Source: Pseudogymnoascus verrucosus
Lineage: Eukaryota
NCBI GenBank assembly: GCA_001662655.1
Contig: KV460215.1
Reading direction: 5' to 3' (one strand)
Length of the DNA stretch: 64,000 bases
Position numbers and translations under genes: made by a program. The first letter of the stretch is position 1. Each line of letters starts with the position of its first letter. Below are positions 49,570 to 61,110 of the stretch, one piece after another. The notes under the pieces are model-generated. The model worked only from the letters and a program-made list of their open reading frames with translations, was not told the origin of the DNA and did not search any database.

Positions 49570-50298
49570 ATGGATGATCTACAACAGAGCTACGTTGATG
49601 AATTTGGGCTTACAGATGAGTGCCATCACTATGAAAGTTTAGCAGAAGTGCCTTGGGACCTTCAGAAATATTGGCAGCAACGATACAGTATATTCTCATT
49701 ATACGATGAGGGGGTATACATGACAGACGACTCATGGTTTGGGATAACTCCGGAGCCAGTTGCCGTCCAGGTAGCTTCAGACATGGCAGCCTCGATAGAT
49801 CCTTCAAAAACTACAATAGTCGACATCTTTGCTGGCGCAGGGGGGAATTCTATTGCCTTCGCTCGGTCAGGACGCTGGGAAAAGGTCATTTCAATAGAGA
49901 AGGATCCTTCTGTGATTGCTTGCGCCAAAAATAACGCGGCAATCTACGGTGTTGCGGACAAGATTACTTGGATCAATGATGATTGCTTTGATTTTGTTTC
50001 CAAGGATGGGAATATTGATTTCAATACATCCACCATCTTCGCCAGCCCACCTTGGGGCGGCCCAGGCTATCGGGGCGACGAGATCTTCAATCTCGATACC
50101 ATGCAGCCGTACTCCGCCAAGCAGATCCACGAGATGTGCAAGTCGACGGAGTGTGCCTTATTCTTGCCGAGGACATCCGATTTGCGACAGATTGCGAAAC
50201 TTGCACCGGAAGGAGACAAGGTCGAGGTCGTCCAGTATTGCATGGAGGGTGCCAGCAAGGCTTTAGTTGCATATATACCAGCCACTCAGAGCAGCTAA
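49570..50298 (+). CDS. TGS1: Trimethylguanosine synthase (RNA cap guanine-N2 methyltransferase)
   Basis: KYWQQRYSIFSLYDEG, SWFGITPEPVA, VDIFAGAGGNSIAFA, FASPPWGGPGY and LFLPRTSD motifs. An alternative in-frame ATG lies at 49537. Confidence 0.93.
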   Translation: MDDLQQSYVDEFGLTDECHHYESLAEVPWDLQKYWQQRYSIFSLYDEGVYMTDDSWFGITPEPVAVQVASDMAASIDPSKTTIVDIFAGAGGNSIAFARSGRWEKVISIEKDPSVIACAKNNAAIYGVADKITWINDDCFDFVSKDGNIDFNTSTIFASPPWGGPGYRGDEIFNLDTMQPYSAKQIHEMCKSTECALFLPRTSDLRQIAKLAPEGDKVEVVQYCMEGASKALVAYIPATQSS

Positions 50299-50830
50299 AT
50301 TAATGAAAATGAACATGAAGTCAAAAATATGCACATATCAACCCCTCATGACAAGATAATTGCTTCAGGGGAAACTTCCAGTAACGCTTAATTCTGGGGT
50401 AAGGGCGGGGAAGTGGGGTAAACGGTGCTGCTAAAGTGCCGGGTGGAGTTAGCCGATGTCACCGACACAGCCAACTTTAATATAACTCCTCACTTGTAGT
50501 CTCCACACTGAGAACAACAGCCTGAATACGCAGCATGATCATCAATAGTTGTTCCTGTTCCGAACCCCTCAGTCCATATTGCGTTACATGCGGCTGCTAA
50601 TAGGACACAATATAGCTACTTTTTCCTTTTATCCGAAGCCGTTGTTGGTTTAGTTAGCAGCGAAATGATAATCGTATGGCGAAATTAGCAGACGCCAGTG
50701 CTGACGCCTGTGCCATGCCATGGCCCATATAAGATGAAGCCTAGGCGCAATTGATCATGAAGGTGACCGTTAGCTATACTTCAGGGCACAGAAGAGATTC
50801 AAGAAGTTTTACGTAGTTTGAAAGCTCAAG

Positions 50831-52167
50831 ATGCGTTCGGCTTTGGCATACGTAGCGCTTGCGGCAACCTTCGTCCAGCAAGCTGTGACTGCGCCGACGG
50901 TTGGCCTTCCAGCACACGGAAGCAAAAATGTCCACTGGGTAGATACCTGGGCTACTATGCCACAACTTACAGAAGTTGGCAATCTTCCTCCTGCTCCATA
51001 CGTATGTGTCTCGATATATAGCAGTCGTGCCTTCTAACCCCTTTTTAGACCCAACCTGACTCTGTTTTCGTTGACTCGACCGTTCGCGCGACATTCCAAG
51101 TGTCAATCCCAGGGAAAACCGTCCGTCTCAGGTTCACGAATGTATTTGGCGCCACGGACTTGCCAATCGATGCTGTGACCATTGCTCTCCCTAATGGCCC
51201 AGCGGGCACCCGCGCGATTCATACCCAGACACTTCAGAAGGTCACATTCAGTGGCAAGACCTCGATCATAATTCCCAATGGTGCTCAAGTGGTCTCAGAC
51301 CCAATTCACTTTGAGGTCAAGGCCAGGCAAGACGTTGCTGTCACCTATTACACGGCAGCCGGCCAAGCCGGCAACAGCATCACCTCCCACCCAGGGAGTC
51401 GTGTCACGAGTTGGTACTCGCGTGGTAACCACGTCACCGCTGCCAACTTGACGGATGCTTCCGTTGCAAGCTCCGAGCATTGGTACTTCGTAAGTGCCCT
51501 GGAAGTCGACGACTCCCTCGGCAGCACCTTCGCCATCGTCGGCGACAGCATCACCGATGGCCGCGGCAGCACCACCAACGGCAACAACCGCTGGGCCGAT
51601 CAGCTCTCCCTTCGTCTCCTAAAAGACCGACGCACAGCGCATATCGGTATTGCCAACGAGGCAGCTGGCGGCAACCGCGTGCTTCACGACGGCCTTGGAC
51701 CTAACGCGCTTGGTCGTATCGACCGCGACGTGCTGGCGCAACCAAACGTCAAGTATGCTATGATTTATGAGGGCATCAATGATATCGGGACAGGCAATTC
51801 CACGACCTCCGTCGCTGAGCAGCTCGAGACGTCAGACCGACTGATCTGGGCATACCAGCAGATGGCGGAGCGAATCCACGCGGCAGGGATCAAGGTATTC
51901 ATCGCCACTATCACGCCGTTCAACCACCCAGCCGACCAGTTCCAGCCTGTGTGGGACGCGGAGAGAGAGAAGACGAGGCAGCGCGTGAACAAGTGGATCC
52001 GCGAGAATAAGGTGTTCGATGCGGTGCTGGACTTCGATAAGGTTGTCCGAGACCCAGAGCATCCGAATGTAATGCAGGTGCGGTATAACTTTGATGACTT
52101 CCTACATCTCGGTGTTGAGGGTTATCGCGCGTTGGCAGACTCTATCCCTCTCTCTATATTCTCGTAG
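50831..52167 (+). CDS. Secreted SGNH/GDSL lipase-esterase (intron 51002-51048)
   Basis: Signal peptide; HWVDTWATMPQLTE; GDSITDG, GGNRVL, EGINDIG and DFLH SGNH blocks. Confidence 0.92.
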
Positions 52168-52490
52168 GGTTGAGGTTTAAAGGCGATAGTAAAGTTGTAT
52201 TTCTTATATAGAGTGCACAGTCTCTCCAGCATGGTGGGATCAATATACTACAATAATATTTTGTGTGTGTGTGTGTCAAGCATATGTACCGATGAACTAT
52301 GGACGAATGCCATTGCATGTCTCAAGCTCCATGCTTCAAGAAGCTTCTTGACGTCTTGTGAGAAAGGGCCCTTCTTTTCCCCGCAAACTCTGAGTTTTGC
52401 AAGGGCCTTCTCGGAAAGCCTAAATTTCACAAGGTACGAATGAAGCATAACAAGTCCGGCGAAAAGTTATATGATGCAACATAGCCACAG

Positions 52491-52546
52491 CACAGCGTAT
52501 TCGCATAAAAATGCGTACCCCGCATTTTCTATACGAGTACGCTGTG
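52491..52546. repeat. Near-perfect inverted repeat / hairpin (~25-bp arms)
   Basis: CACAGCGTATTCGCATAAAAATGCG-TACCC-CGCATTTTCTATACGAGTACGCTGTG. Confidence 0.85.
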
Positions 52547-52872
52547 GGTTAACACTAACATCGAATTCGATTGTCATATAAATTGCTCTGCCATATAAAG
52601 AAGGTGCTTTTATAGTACTGTGCTTCTCAACATATTACCCATGTCCGGACGCCCGTGACATGGCACTTGTTAAAGTTGCTACCCGGCTCTATCCCAAAAA
52701 GTAAGTGCTGGACTTGGCAGGAAGGCGATATTAGATTTGTTATGTAAAATAACTTATTCGAGAACAACTTAGTTCCGGAGAATAAAACTTCCATCGAGTT
52801 ACGCTCGTTCTAGGCACTTGTGTAGCTCAAACAGGGTTTCCCATGGCGTCGACTCGGGTTATATCCCGGTTT

Positions 52873-53573
52873 GGCTAAACGGGACAAAACCAACAATATA
52901 TATCCATGCAGGGAAGACGACACGGACTTAGGCTATTATGGACCCGACTTAAGCCTTTCTAATGCCATGCGGGGGTAAACCTTGTATTGATGCTGTCAGA
53001 TTCGGCAATGCCAATGAGAACTTTAACAACACGGAGAGCCGGTAAGGGGCAGCAAGTCGACCAGAGCCAAGGTTGTCAGCAGAAAACAGCCTGTTCATTT
53101 ACAGGTTGACATTCAGACTGACGGCCAAGACCGTTTGCCGCTGGACCGTAAACAAGGTCATGTTGAACGAGCATCATTCTCTGCTTCCAATTGAAAAAAT
53201 TGACGTTGGGTTAATTGTATAGACTGTCATGAATAGGACCTACCAGTGCTAAACATCTTGCTCAACAAGCCTCAGCTAAAGTAAAACGATGATGTGTTAG
53301 CCTTCAACACCCCAGAAGCTCCTGCCCAAAGACATCCGGTATATGCCACCGATCCCTGGCAATATGGGCTCCTCCTCATCCGCTTCGAGCACACCTCATA
53401 TACTATATCGCGTGGCATTGCCTGGATTTAGCCAGTGTTCTTGTCGATCCCTTGACGATTAAACCATAGCTTTATGAGGAAGCCCCTCTGCCAATGGCAA
53501 TTCAAAGAATCCAAAGTGCCCAGGCCCTTTTATTTGGCTCTTTGAATCGCATCAGGTGGGACATCGAGGCTAA
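52873..53573. promoter_or_regulatory. Cluster of XlnR/Xyr1-type GGCTAA sites upstream of the CE15 gene
   Basis: GGCTAA at 52873 and 53568; TTAGCC at 53297 and 53428; TATA-like TATAAAA near 53612. Confidence 0.5.
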
Positions 53574-53704
53574 TATCAGCGGTCCAACGGGGCTTGGCGA
53601 ATCATTTGTTATATAAAAGAGTCGAAGTCGACCACAAAACTACCAGCTCTTGTTCAGACAGTACATCTCATTGATTCGTTCACTGCCGTCTTCAATAGAT
53701 CAAG

Positions 53705-55146
53705 ATGCGCGTGCTTCCAGCTCTTTTGCTTGCGGGCCCGGCCGTCGCACAACAGGCTGTATGGGGACAATGTTAGTACTCTTCTACCTTCATTGGGATG
53801 AACTTAGCTAATGAGAGTAAGGTGGCGGAACGGGATGGACAGGTCCAACAACTTGCGTCTCGGGAACGACATGCACCTTCTCGAATGCCTGGTACTCTCA
53901 ATGTCTTCCGGGTGGCAATGGCAACCCCGTTACTACTCCACCGGCAACCACTCCGCCCGCGACTACGCCACCTGCTAGTACCAACCCACCAGCGACTCTA
54001 CCCCCAAGTGAGACTACAACAGCGACTGGCGGAACCCCGTCCACTTGCCCCACGATCCCCGGCAGCATCAACCCCCCATCCGTTGCCACGCTTAACGATC
54101 CGTTCACGCCCTTAAGCGGCTCCCGAATCACCACCAAGGCCCAGTGGACGTGCCGCCAGGATGAAATTAAGCAACTCTTCCAGAAGTACGAGCTTGGTAC
54201 TCTGCCACCAAAGCCATCTTCGGTGACCGGCTCCTTCTCCGGCTCGACCTTGACCATCAATGTCAGCGAGGGAGGAAAGTCGATTTCTTTCACTGCCTCG
54301 ATTACCTACCCATCCTCGGGAACTGCCCCATACCCCGCCATCATTGCCATTGGTGGTCTCAGCATCCCAACTCCAGCGGGCGTCGCCGTCATCAACTTCG
54401 GCAACGATGACATTGCCGCACAGAACAGCGGTAGCAGCCGTGGACAAGGAAAGTTCTACACCATTTATGGTGCAGGCCACAGTGCCGGAGCTACCACGGC
54501 ATGGGCATGGGGTGTCAGCCGTCTTATCGACGTTCTCGAGACTCAAGCGACTGCAGCACGCATTAACGTCAAGAAGCTTGGTGTTTCCGGATGCTCCCGC
54601 AACGGCAAGGGTGCCTTCATCGTCGGTGCTTTGGAGCCCCGCATTGCCCTAACCATCCCGCAAGAGTCAGGCTCCGGTGGTGCCGCTTGCTGGAGAATCT
54701 CCGACTCTGTCTTCGCGGCTGGTGGCAACATCCAGACCGCCCACGAGATTGTCGGCGAGAATGTGTGGTTCTCCCCCAACTTCAACGCCTATGTCAACAC
54801 CATCCCAACTATGCCATTTGACCACCACATGCTGGCAGGTCTAGTCGCTCCTCGCGGTCTGTTCGTCATTGAGAACAACATTGACTGGCTTGGTCCTATG
54901 GCCACAACTGGTTGCATGAAGACTGGCCAGATGATCTACAAAGCTCTCGGTGTTCCGGACAACATGGGTTTCTCTGAGACCACTCCGCACAGCCACTGCT
55001 CGTTCCCATCTTCTCAACAAGCGGACCTTACTGCATTTGTCCAGAAGTTCTTGTTTGACCAGAACACCAACACTGCTGTCTCGAAGTCCGACCAGACCTT
55101 TGATCAGGCCAAGTGGGTTACGTGGAGTGTTCCAACTCTGACCTAA
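53705..55146 (+). CDS. Secreted 4-O-methyl-glucuronoyl methylesterase (CE15, Cip2-like) with N-terminal CBM1; intron 53772-53821
   Basis: Signal peptide; CBM1 [37 protein letters not shown] linker; catalytic [20 protein letters not shown] and HSHC. Confidence 0.95.
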
Positions 55147-56021
55147 GTGCGATGATGTACTTCAAGTTGCTTTCTATCTGTTAGCAGTCGAAAAGGTCAA
55201 TATTTTTCCAAAGCAGGGGCGTGTAGCGCCAGCCTCCAATCCGAAGGTGTTGTATTGTTGGCAGTGAATATTTTAGCTTCTTGAACAATTTTTATCATGC
55301 TTTGCCATAATTCCGAAAGATCAGGTGCCATGATGCCGTGCATAGAATGTGAGCTCTGTGAATTGAGGGGACGTTGGTGAGTTATATCTTATAAACAGCA
55401 CAACTGTGACGGAAAATTGGTCTCCGATGCCCCCCAGCCGCGTCGGACTTATACCTCATTGGCCAGGACCCAACTTGTGCCAAACCTCGGTGGAATTTCT
55501 CCGTGGCTTTCCAATGAACTGTCTACTTTCGTTGTTCCTAATCCCGACCTGACTAGTCAATGGTAGGTCTAATAACGAGTTTCATGTTGTCCGCAAGTTT
55601 CTCCTGGTTCCACGCCGCCTCGCACTGTGCACAAGTCAGCCACCTTTGTCGGTTACTCCCAGGCCACTTGTTTCCTCCTCAAGTTGAAAGGTAGAACTCG
55701 TATTTGATGATTTGAAATAAAAGTAGTAATGGCCCATTCAGTGATAAACTTATAATGTACAAATAGATGTGCTGTGTTTGGTACGTCCGGGCTCTAACGA
55801 CAAGCCTACCACTCTTAGATAGAGCCTTCAAATGGCAGACATAGTACTAACATAGACTCGTTTCAAACAGTCCTATGCCTTTAAAATACAGGATGATTCT
55901 CGTGGTGCGAATGCTCACTCGTTTGAACAGCCGTTTTTGTGATCTAACCACGAACACCTCTCAACTGCTCCTCCGCCGTTCCTCCTATCGTACAAATTTC
56001 CTACACGTAATAATAACCTGC

Positions 56022-56504
56022 CTATTTTGAAGGCTCTTCAGGCTTGTCATTTGAGCCAAACCAAGGTTTGGCATTCTTCCTCTTTGCGTCTTTCCGATCC
56101 GCAAGCTACAAACATCAGCGGTCAACACACTTGGTCAATGGAAAATGGGCTCCCTACCCATTGCTTTTTGCAATCTCGATAAGCCCTATACATCAATTAG
56201 TAAAAGTCCCACTTCACTATTTCACTCCGCCGCAACCACGTGCGAGCATAGCCGAATGCGCCTCCGACTTACTGGAAGTAATCCGAGCACATCTCTCTTT
56301 GCCCGCCATTCCGGTGCAAACACTTCAAACTCCTCGTAGCCAAATCCTGACACGGATCAAAGTACTCGCTATACGCCTTCCTACACCATCAAGTCAGTCT
56401 CCCGCCTATTTACTCCAGAGGTGGTGGTAGGTAGTCCCAATTTACCCTTCGAATTTCCTCTCCGTCTTCTCGTCCCATGGTTGCTCCGGGGGATCAATGG
56501 CCAT
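56022..56504 (-). CDS. COX23: Cytochrome c oxidase assembly factor Cox23 (twin CX9C); 4 exons
   Basis: Manual splice: [92 protein letters not shown]. Not in the ORF track. Confidence 0.9.
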
Positions 56505-57421
56505 AGCTTAAAACAGAGCGACTTATTCGCTCTCTCCCTGTTGCTTGGGTATAAAACAGTGATGATACTGCAAAGGAAATGGTGGGTTTGGGATATATGT
56601 CCAGGTGTTGATGTCTTGAAGCACGTGCCGGGAAGGCGGTTTGGGTGCAGGTCGTGACAGGAAAAGATCTTATCTAATCTAATCTAATCAGCCCCAGAAA
56701 CTATACCACCGCCATTCTCACAAAATCATGCAGGTCTATTTTGGCAATCAATGACTGTTAAATTAGTGAATCATGTTGTTACTATATATTAAAGGCAAGA
56801 CTGTTTTCCTGGGTCAAAATTTGTTCAATTTCATGTTTTTTCGTATAAACTCAAGTAAAATAATACGTGGCAAAATCACGAAATTACTCCTCTTTTAAAA
56901 AGATTATCACACAAATATTCAAATTCCAGTCAGGGCCAAAAGTTAGGTCAATTGCATTGCATAAAAGAAAGTCTGGTTGCGTCCTGTCTAATGATACAAT
57001 CTCCGTTATCCATTCTCCCACTGTCGCCCATCAATTTCGTAGATCTTATAATTTGTCTCCAAACCCTTGCTAACTACTCAACCACCATAAATAACTCCCC
57101 TTGTAGGAACTTCCATGAATAAAAATCCAAGCTGATTGCCACGATGGTCCCGCTCAGAGTAGAATAAGCTCTGTTGAACCTAGGAAGGAGCAGTATGCAA
57201 CTATGTAACTATGTCGTTTGAACCATTTTCATGTAGCTTCCAGAATCTGCTCCTGAATAGTTTCCGAGTTCCATGGCAAGCACTTGCAGTCCCATCAAAA
57301 CAGCCACATCCGTCGAAATACTCCTAACGCCTTGCCGAGACCAGCTACCAGATTGTCATTGCGAATTCTTGGCGTCCTAAGCCGAGAAATGTACTGATCG
57401 CTCCCTCAGACTTGGCAGACT

Positions 57422-59148
57422 TCAATATACTTTTGCACCTAGAGCCTGTTGCGCTAGGATATCGAGGGCCGAAGGGTTTCCATATTCTTCCCCGGCAGCC
57501 TCCTCGATCATCTCATCGGCCCAATTGAACCCAGTCCCACTTCCATGGTATTCAAAAGTTGGGACAAGATCCGAGAAATCTCTGCCAGCCTCGGGATCTG
57601 CCTTGGTTTGTTGAGCAGCGAGAGAGGCATCTTCCCTATGAATCTGTATCAATGCCGCAGCTGCCATGTATTGTTGGGCGTCAACTCTGGTACTGGATGC
57701 ATCCTGCGCATTTTCTTTACCAACGGAGTTGAAAAGTTGTGTATTGTTTGCGAAATGAGAAATATTTGACGCAGCCATCATGCTCTGCTTCTGGGCTTCA
57801 GGCAAGGCCCTCGGAAGACGAAGCTTTGGAGGTAGGCCGTATTTGGCAATAAGAGCCGCCTTATCATCAGTGGAATCGCTGCCTTCGCTTCCAAATGAAG
57901 ATGCCGGCGTAAGAGTTGCGGGAGAATCGTCCGGTGTGGCACCGAATGTCACGGGGAAAGGAACGGAGCATGGATCAGCCCCAAAGCTGACGGCTACATC
58001 GCTGCCTCTGTAGTGTGCGCTCATCAATCTGTATACTTTGTCTGCCGCAGTGATGGACGAAAACTCCACGAAGAAGTATTCCTGGGCGTCGCGCTGGACT
58101 TCAAGCAATTCTTTCACTTGGCTGTATCCGGGCTGAACTATCATATCAAAAACATCCCCTGTAGAGAATGCTGATGGAAGACCTCTGATTGATAGACAGC
58201 GCGTCCAGCCCTGTCTGATTTGCTTTAGCATGGTGGGGCTGATTGGCCATGTTGGATAAGAAGTGATGTGCACTGGCTTGAGAGATTCCATGGCTAAATT
58301 GGATTTCAACAGACTGGCTCCGGATTCTTCAACGAAAATGATAAACGCAGTCAATCCTCCCGTGATTGCAACTGTGTTACAAAGAGTCGCCGAGTAAATC
58401 GGTCCCGTGTTGATGTTGTCAAGAATGCTCTTCAGCGTAGTTCCGATCGGAACGCCGATGTGGACAGCTCTGTGTCCCTGGGACAGTTCATCTGGTGGGT
58501 TGTATGCAATCCCCCAAACGAAATATTCCGAGAGTCTGCCGCGAGGATTGAGAATGGCATTTTGATGATCAATAGCATTTAATCGCTCCTCTCGTGTTTC
58601 CCAAATGGTTTTGTTGGCATTGTAGTCGGGAACGCATGAATTGTGACGTTGTCCATTTCTGGGTTGCCGGGGGAGAGTCTCTCGGGGGGTCTTATTGAGG
58701 TGATAGCTGACGCCGGTGACCACACCTTTGCCAATAAAGTGGTCTGGCTCATTGACGCGCTCAATGCGAGGAGTAGGCGCGGGCTTGTCCTTGATCTCTT
58801 CCATGTACTTTTCATATTCCAAGCGGGCATTTTCCTGTCAACTTTTAGTAAGTATTCATAGCTTGGCTCTCAGTAAATCCATACCACTGCGACAGGGTCC
58901 AACTCAGGCGTGGGATATGCCTGAACGGGAAACTGATCGTCGGATGGCTCGTGCTTGGCAGTTGTGATTTCACTTTCTCCCGCTAGCAGCTCATCATCCA
59001 ATGACTCAAACATCGCTGGAATATGTGTGAATTCAGCCACGGAGCCTACAGGGTCGGCGTCTTGAACGGTAGCATCATGCTCATGTTGTTCTGAGTCTGC
59101 CGCTGGCGCAGGCAGGGCATCCTCAGAGCATTCCTGGGAAGACGGCAT
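57422..59148 (-). CDS. Hypothetical protein with two degenerate RRM-like domains (intron about 58835-58884)
   Basis: Exon 1 MPSSQ...DPVAV spliced to ENARLEYEKY. RAVHIG...AFIIF and TRCLSIRGLP...FVEFSSITAA...VSFGADPC resemble RNP2/RNP1 patterns. Confidence 0.65.
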
Positions 59149-60281
59149 TCTTGGGGTGAAGTCAGCCTCAGTATGGCAATGTTATCCGCATGACAGGTGC
59201 TTTTCACTCACTTGGTGGTAGTCGTAGGGAGTTGAGAAGGTATGGAGTGACCAGACCGTCCAAATATCGTCGACTGGATAGGAATGAATGTCAAATAGAT
59301 TTTTTGAACTCTTCAGAAGTTCACATTGAAAAGATAAGAGTAAAGCAAAGCCCCCAAGTTGAGTAGAGCTCATTATATAGCTGCCTTGACCACAATCGGT
59401 CCTGTCGGTGAGAAGATGGCTATCAGTGACAGGAATTCCAGCAGGGACGGAGTTTCCAACCTCCGGATTGCACTTGCCTCACCACCAGTGCGGCCACTTG
59501 CTCAAATATCCTTCTCGAAAGTGCGAGATTTGCAAGAATGGATGAAGGAATCGGTTCTCTTTGATGGGCAGTAGGCCCTTTGGCCAAAGAGAGGGCGATG
59601 AGCACCATGGTGAGCTTGTGTGGTGGTATATCTGAGGTGAAGAAATATAATGTTAGTTGATGGCTTCAATTTCGGTCCAGGTTCACATACTAAATGAGGA
59701 AGAGAGGTTGTGAAACGAAATTACTTTGCTAGCATTGCGCCTGTGTTGAAAAGAAAACAGAAACATAGACTCAACTTCGCTTTATCGTCTCGGTTTTGGT
59801 ATGGAAATCGTGGGAACCATTGTACATATTGGGAATATTCAATCAGGTGTGCAATCACCAGTTGAAGCACAAGGGAACGGGGACTAGAAGCATCAAAACC
59901 AACTGAGTCCCCCAAGAAAAATGACAAAAGTATTAACTTAATTTTGAATAACGAACCATTATAGCACCATACAATATAAACCTAGCTCCCCTATACTATC
60001 CTTAGTACGATTTTAACATGAGGTATGTTCCTGACAGGAACTCGTTAATACAACTCCCCCACAAGTATTCCACATCAATCCACTCTGTCCAATGGGTTAT
60101 TTCCCCAAAGTTTGCATCAATACAGCCAATATATGCACCCTGGCTCCAGCCCAAAACGCCTGCCACTGTCCCAAGTGCTCCCTTCGCCCATCACACTCCC
60201 TTGCTCTGTGCTTCGGTTACAAGTGTGCCCGGCAACTCCATTCAATCTAACCCATACAAGACCCATAGATGATCCCACACC

Positions 60282-61110
60282 TCACGTCCTCTCACTTACA
60301 AACCACTTCTTCTTCTCCTTCTTCACCTGTGCCGCTGTCATCGGCGTCGTCATCATTGCGGCTTCCTTTCCTGCCGAGCCGTCTCCAAAGCCGCCGCCGC
60401 CATAGGGACCGGTAGGGCCCGAATGGCCCGTAACCCAAGGTGCAGTCGGCGGCCTCATCTCATAGTTCAGTTCACGCTTGCGTAGGTACCTGCGGCGGAA
60501 GAACGCTGCTGCGATCCAGCCACCGACAATAGCGACAACGATGATGACAATCATGATGACATATTGATAGTGAGCCTCCATCCTAGTTCAAATTAGTGTA
60601 TGTTCTCAGAGGTATTGCCGGTGAATACGTATGAGACAGGGCTACTCACCAAGTCTTCTTCTTGGGGGCCGTGACTGTGCTGCCATCAGTTCCAGTCGAA
60701 CCTCCCGTGCTTCCAGTATCTGTCGATCCCGTGTCTGTGCTTCCAGCGCCGTTACTCCCAGTCGTCGTAGTTGGTGTCGTGCCACCCGATGCGCATAGCC
60801 CGTTGTACCATGTCTGAATAGCCGTCAGATCGGCTGCGACGGGGCACACAGCAGCGCACGTGTTGGCAGTGCCAGACAGTCCCACCGAGGTCGTACGGGC
60901 ATCTTTGCAGAAGCAGCTTGTGTCTGGCGCGGGGGTCGCTGGGGGGATACAAGAGTATGCCACGTCAAAGAGCTTGCCGCAGCTTTGGGCGCATAGTGGA
61001 AGCGAGCCGAATGGTACGATATCGACGTTGGTCCCTGGCTTCACGGGGGTGGCTTGGAGGGTAGCGAGGGGAAGGGCGAGGAGGAACAACGTCCGTAAAA
61101 GATTCGACAT
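60282..61110 (-). CDS. Single-pass membrane protein with an 8-Cys (CFEM-like) ectodomain; 2 exons
   Basis: Signal peptide, 8-Cys domain, S/T/G linker, intron after KKTW, TM helix YVIMIVIIVVAIVGGWIAAAFF followed by RRRYLRKR. Confidence 0.8.

Noticed and set aside
55200..56000. Possible gene remnant between CE15 and COX23
   Set aside because: Only short open frames and nothing recognisable on either strand.
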